From assembly GCA_951406725.2 (NCBI GenBank), contig OX597824.1, positions 74,958,001 to 75,022,000 of the forward strand: a DNA stretch of 64,000 nt. The letters run 5' to 3'. The notes beneath the pieces were generated by a model. That model did not search any database. It was not told where the DNA came from and saw only the letters and a program-made list of their open reading frames with translations. Position 1 is the first letter of the stretch. Every line of letters starts with the position of its first letter. Of the stretch, positions 60,145 through 64,000 are shown piece by piece. Position numbers and translations under genes: made by a program. Origin of the DNA: Octopus vulgaris. Lineage: Eukaryota.

Positions 60145-60230
60145 ATTTTCTACATATGTTTCGAAGGCTGCAAAGTCCCTAATTCGGATTGAATAAGGAG
60201 ACCATTTTGCAGCTTTCTCTTCAGGAAAAT
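60145..60230 (-). ncRNA. Type I minimal hammerhead ribozyme, fully canonical
   Basis: attttc-CTGAAGA-GAAAGCTGCAAA...TTTGCAGCCTTC-GAAAC-ATAT-GTA-gaaaat; within a (TA)n-abutting element ~59935-60390. Confidence 0.9.
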
Positions 60231-60632
60231 CCAGGAACTTAATTTTCCAACAAAATGCACAACAAGCTTCTCGACAAACGCTCACGAGGAGCCCATGAAA
60301 TAAATGACACAAACTGTCTATCTATATGCGTTGACGCCAGACTGGGTGAAAGCAGAAGAGATTGTCCGTTGAGATAGTTCAAGGTCATATAAGGATAATA
60401 TATATTTATATATATAAGGATAATATCGATATTTAAAATACCGATCTTATCAGGTGGCCAGCATGGGAATAAAAACCTTTCAAAGGTAATAATTATTTAA
60501 AATTATAACTTAAGGTATCAAAGAGATACCACCACGCTTGAAAAAGCAGTCAAAACTTGACTCTAAAGCCACATTAAATGTTCAGGAGAGACGACAAAGA
60601 GACAAAATAAACTAGCAAAAAATTACTGGATA

Positions 60633-60691
60633 ATTCTAGATCCCGGATTTCTGAGTTTGCATAAGAAATGCTTTGCCTTCATCAGTGGAAT
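60633..60691 (-). ncRNA. Hammerhead-like motif in the 60415-60692 element
   Basis: attcca-CTGATGA-A-GG..GCAT/ATGC..TC-A-GAAA-TCCGGGA-TC-tagaat. Confidence 0.55.
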
Positions 60692-60718
60692 ACACTCATC
60701 ACCAACACCACCACCACC

Positions 60719-60752
<34 letters not shown>

Positions 60753-61401
60753 TTATGGCTCTTGGTGATTTGCTGTTAACTTTAGATACACTCTAGGTCT
60801 ATCGAAGAGCGTTCCAGCCCTGAGCGTCCAATCTTTTTTTTCAAAGATAGTATTTAAAACAGAGTGTTTCTTCCCGTTTTATAACACAATCTTGTGATTC
60901 GAATGACATTCGGCTACTATGCAGGTTTAATACCCACATAAAACTGTTTTTAAAGCCTAAAGACAAGTAGTTTTGGATGTCACCAGTTTTATCCCTAATC
61001 CCTTGACATCGTTCTCCAGAGATTACTACACTAAATTTATTAATCTTCGTGTTTATATATGACTTACAGAACCAATAAATAGCTTACGTGCATTTATTGC
61101 TCTAAATCCAAATTTATGGTTATGAGCTGAGATAAAACACATCTATCAAATATTGATATTTTCTGAATCTATCTCTTTCTAAACACCTACCTTCTGCAAT
61201 TTACAACGCGCCACTTAATACCTGGAGATACCCCGGGAACAAAAAGTTGTGGATGCGTGTTTCGCGTTCCGTCTCACTGTGTACTGCCGTAGGCAAGTGT
61301 CTTCAGAAATAGCTCCGGGCAGACCTTCACTTTATGAAGGAATATGGAAGGAAGAAACTGTTTGAAAGACAATTATTTGAGATCTCTCTCGATATACATA
61401 C

Positions 61402-61432
<31 letters not shown>

Positions 61433-61949
61433 CATACATACATACATACATACATGCACACACACACACACACTCACACACACATACACACACAATACAT
61501 ATATATATATATACATATACATACATACATACATACATACACACACACATATTGTTGAAAATAGCACACTGCTTTGGGTTTTGATTCTCACACAGAGTGA
61601 ACTGACAGAATGATCTAGCAAAGAACTTGTTTAAAATAGTTACCTGAAGAAACGACATCTTACATCGTCGATTACACTATACGTTGATTATATCAACTCA
61701 CCAAATGTATTGTGGATGTAGCGAATTGTAGAAACAATTATAGTGATTTTAAATAAATAATATCGTACAGTACATTTTCCATTATTTATCAATTTAAATA
61801 AACTTTACAGATGCTATGGAATTCCTGGAGCATTCTTACTGTATGATTACATCAGGTGGGCAATAACTGTGGATGAGCTTTGCATAGCATAGTACAAGAC
61901 CTTTACACAAATTTTATTACACACACGCACACACACACAAATACATACA

Positions 61950-62440
61950 TGTAAAAAAGATAATACCTATGCTGAACTACTGCGAAATTTGCAGTTACTC
62001 CATCCAGATTATAAGTTCAGGTTTATACCTATAATTATTGGTGACCTGGGATATGTAACACACTGCCTAAATACCAATCTTGAGAAATTAGCCTTCTCAA
62101 AACCAGAAAGGAGAAAGCTGATTCGAAGACCACAGATCCAATCCATTACAGGAACTGTAGAAATCTGTAAAACTTTCCTGAAGTTTATTATTTAAATATA
62201 TATGAACATGTCTAGATATGCAACAATATGCATGAGAAGACATACAAATCTACACATATACATACATACATTCATACATACATACATACATACATACATA
62301 CATACATACATACATACATACATACATACATGCATACATACCCTGTTGATGTTGAAATTCTAATGGAGGAACCTTGGATCTAAGCTAGAAACCGGCTTGT
62401 TCTCTATTGGCAAGAAATCTTGAAATAAAACTGAATAATG
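61950..62440 (+). mobile_element. Probable RLE-type LINE 3' end associated with (TACA)n; inverted 3' UTR copy at 63810-63905
   Basis: YAELLRNLQLLHPDYKFRFIPIIIGDLG..SITGTVEICKTF; UTR ggatctar..tagaaaccg..ttggcaaga. Confidence 0.6.
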
Positions 62441-62825
62441 ATATACATACATTTATACATAATATATACATACATACATACATACATACATACATACATA
62501 CATACATACATACATACATACATACATACATACATACATACATACATACATACATACATACGTGCATACATGCATGCATATATTGTTTTGTTTCTTCCCT
62601 TATTGTTGTCCATTTGTATATCTCCTTCGTTGAAGAAAAAGGGGCGACATTTTTGTTTCCTTCTGTTTTATTTAAATACTTAAACTCTTGATTAAGACAT
62701 ATATTCAGACTGACAAGGACAGGGAAGGAGAGAGGAAGACGGGAGAGGGGAGGGAGAGAGAAAGAGAAGAGAGGAAAGGGCAGACAAACATAATAGAACT
62801 TGATGAATTATCTACTCTTTGTTGC

Positions 62826-62954
<129 letters not shown>

Positions 62955-64000
62955 GTAATAATAATAATAGTAACAATACAATTTCATTTCATTCTGGAAT
63001 CCTTGTCATTTCCCATCGAGTGAAAAGACTTGCAATGGCTGACAACGAAGAAGAAAAAGATGATGAAGAAAAGATGGGAAAGAAATAAAAAAAAAGATGA
63101 GAAATGATAGAAACATGGGAAAATGAAAAGCAGATCATTCAAAATGAGGCTGGTTGAGGAAATATCAAAGGGGGTGGGGTGGAAATAACGCATAAAAACC
63201 TAACAACACAATTATGAACCAAAACAACAACGACGACGACCACGACGACAATAACAACAACAAGTAATGAAAAAAAAAGAAGAAGAAAGCAAAGAAAAAA
63301 AATAACAAAATCGGAACGAAAGAATAAACGCAACCAAACGAACAGGTTGACCGTTGAAAGACGTTATCAGGCGAAGGGGAAAGAATCGCATCCAATTACA
63401 GTCTGTTCTTTCTATTGAACAATGTCAAACTAAAGGAAGAGAAAGAAAGAAAAAAAGAATTATGTAATGGAAGAAAGAAATAAAGAGGTGAAAGCATGGA
63501 AGAATGATGAACTGAAGAAGACGTCTTGCAGGCAAAAATCTATATAAAAGAAGGTTTTAATGCATTCCTGATTTCAAAGAAGAATTCTTGCCAAAGACGT
63601 TCGGCTGGCGGATCGATGTGCTGTTTGTGTCTGAATAGGAGAGATATTCGTAAAAGCGTACATACATGTATATGTCACTGTATATTTGCGTGAGTGTGTG
63701 TGCGTGCGCGCGTGCGTGCGTACTGTTGTATGTATGTATGTATGTATGTATGTATGTATGTATGTATGTATGTATGTATGTATGTATGTATGCCTTTGCA
63801 CGTTACGTAGTTTTAGTTCTAGATATCTTGCCAATGGAGAAAAAGTCGGTTTCTAACCTAGATCCGACGCTCCTTCAGTGGAATTTCAATATCAACAGGA
63901 TGGTCGTACATGTATGTGTGTATATGTGAAAGTATGCAGAGTCAGTGCATGCGCAGATTTATACCTTTTGTTTTATGTATATATATATATATATATATTC

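Noticed and set aside
62350-62420. Hammerhead in the RLE LINE 3' UTR (..GAAACCGGC)
   Set aside because: No CUGANGA core or NUH site; looks like an ordinary hairpin

Overview
AT-rich, repeat-saturated animal genomic DNA; the SINE families and extreme microsatellite load fit an octopus (inference). No intact protein-coding gene is visible and most ORF-track entries are microsatellite artefacts. Contents: three tRNA-headed SINE families (Nin/Deu-like, CORE-like, and one with swappable 3' modules), decayed LINEs (R4/Dong-like RLE, CR1/L2 group), at least four Penelope-like element (PLE) remnants (RT and/or GIY-YIG), DNA transposon relics (hAT Buster/Charlie type, mariner, piggyBac-like, Helitron-like) and many fold-back elements sitting in (TA)n tracts. 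The main signal is about 20 minimal type-I hammerhead ribozyme (HHR) motifs with palindromic stem III. Several are fully canonical (2481-2567, 3016-3102, 12196-12303, 60145-60230). Others carry recurrent core variants (U3-A8, A3-U8, A6U, A6G, U4C, extra nucleotides flanking stem II). Most lie in PLE 3' ends or short (TA)n-embedded fold-back derivatives. All structures were parsed by eye, element boundaries are approximate, and ribozyme activity is untested.
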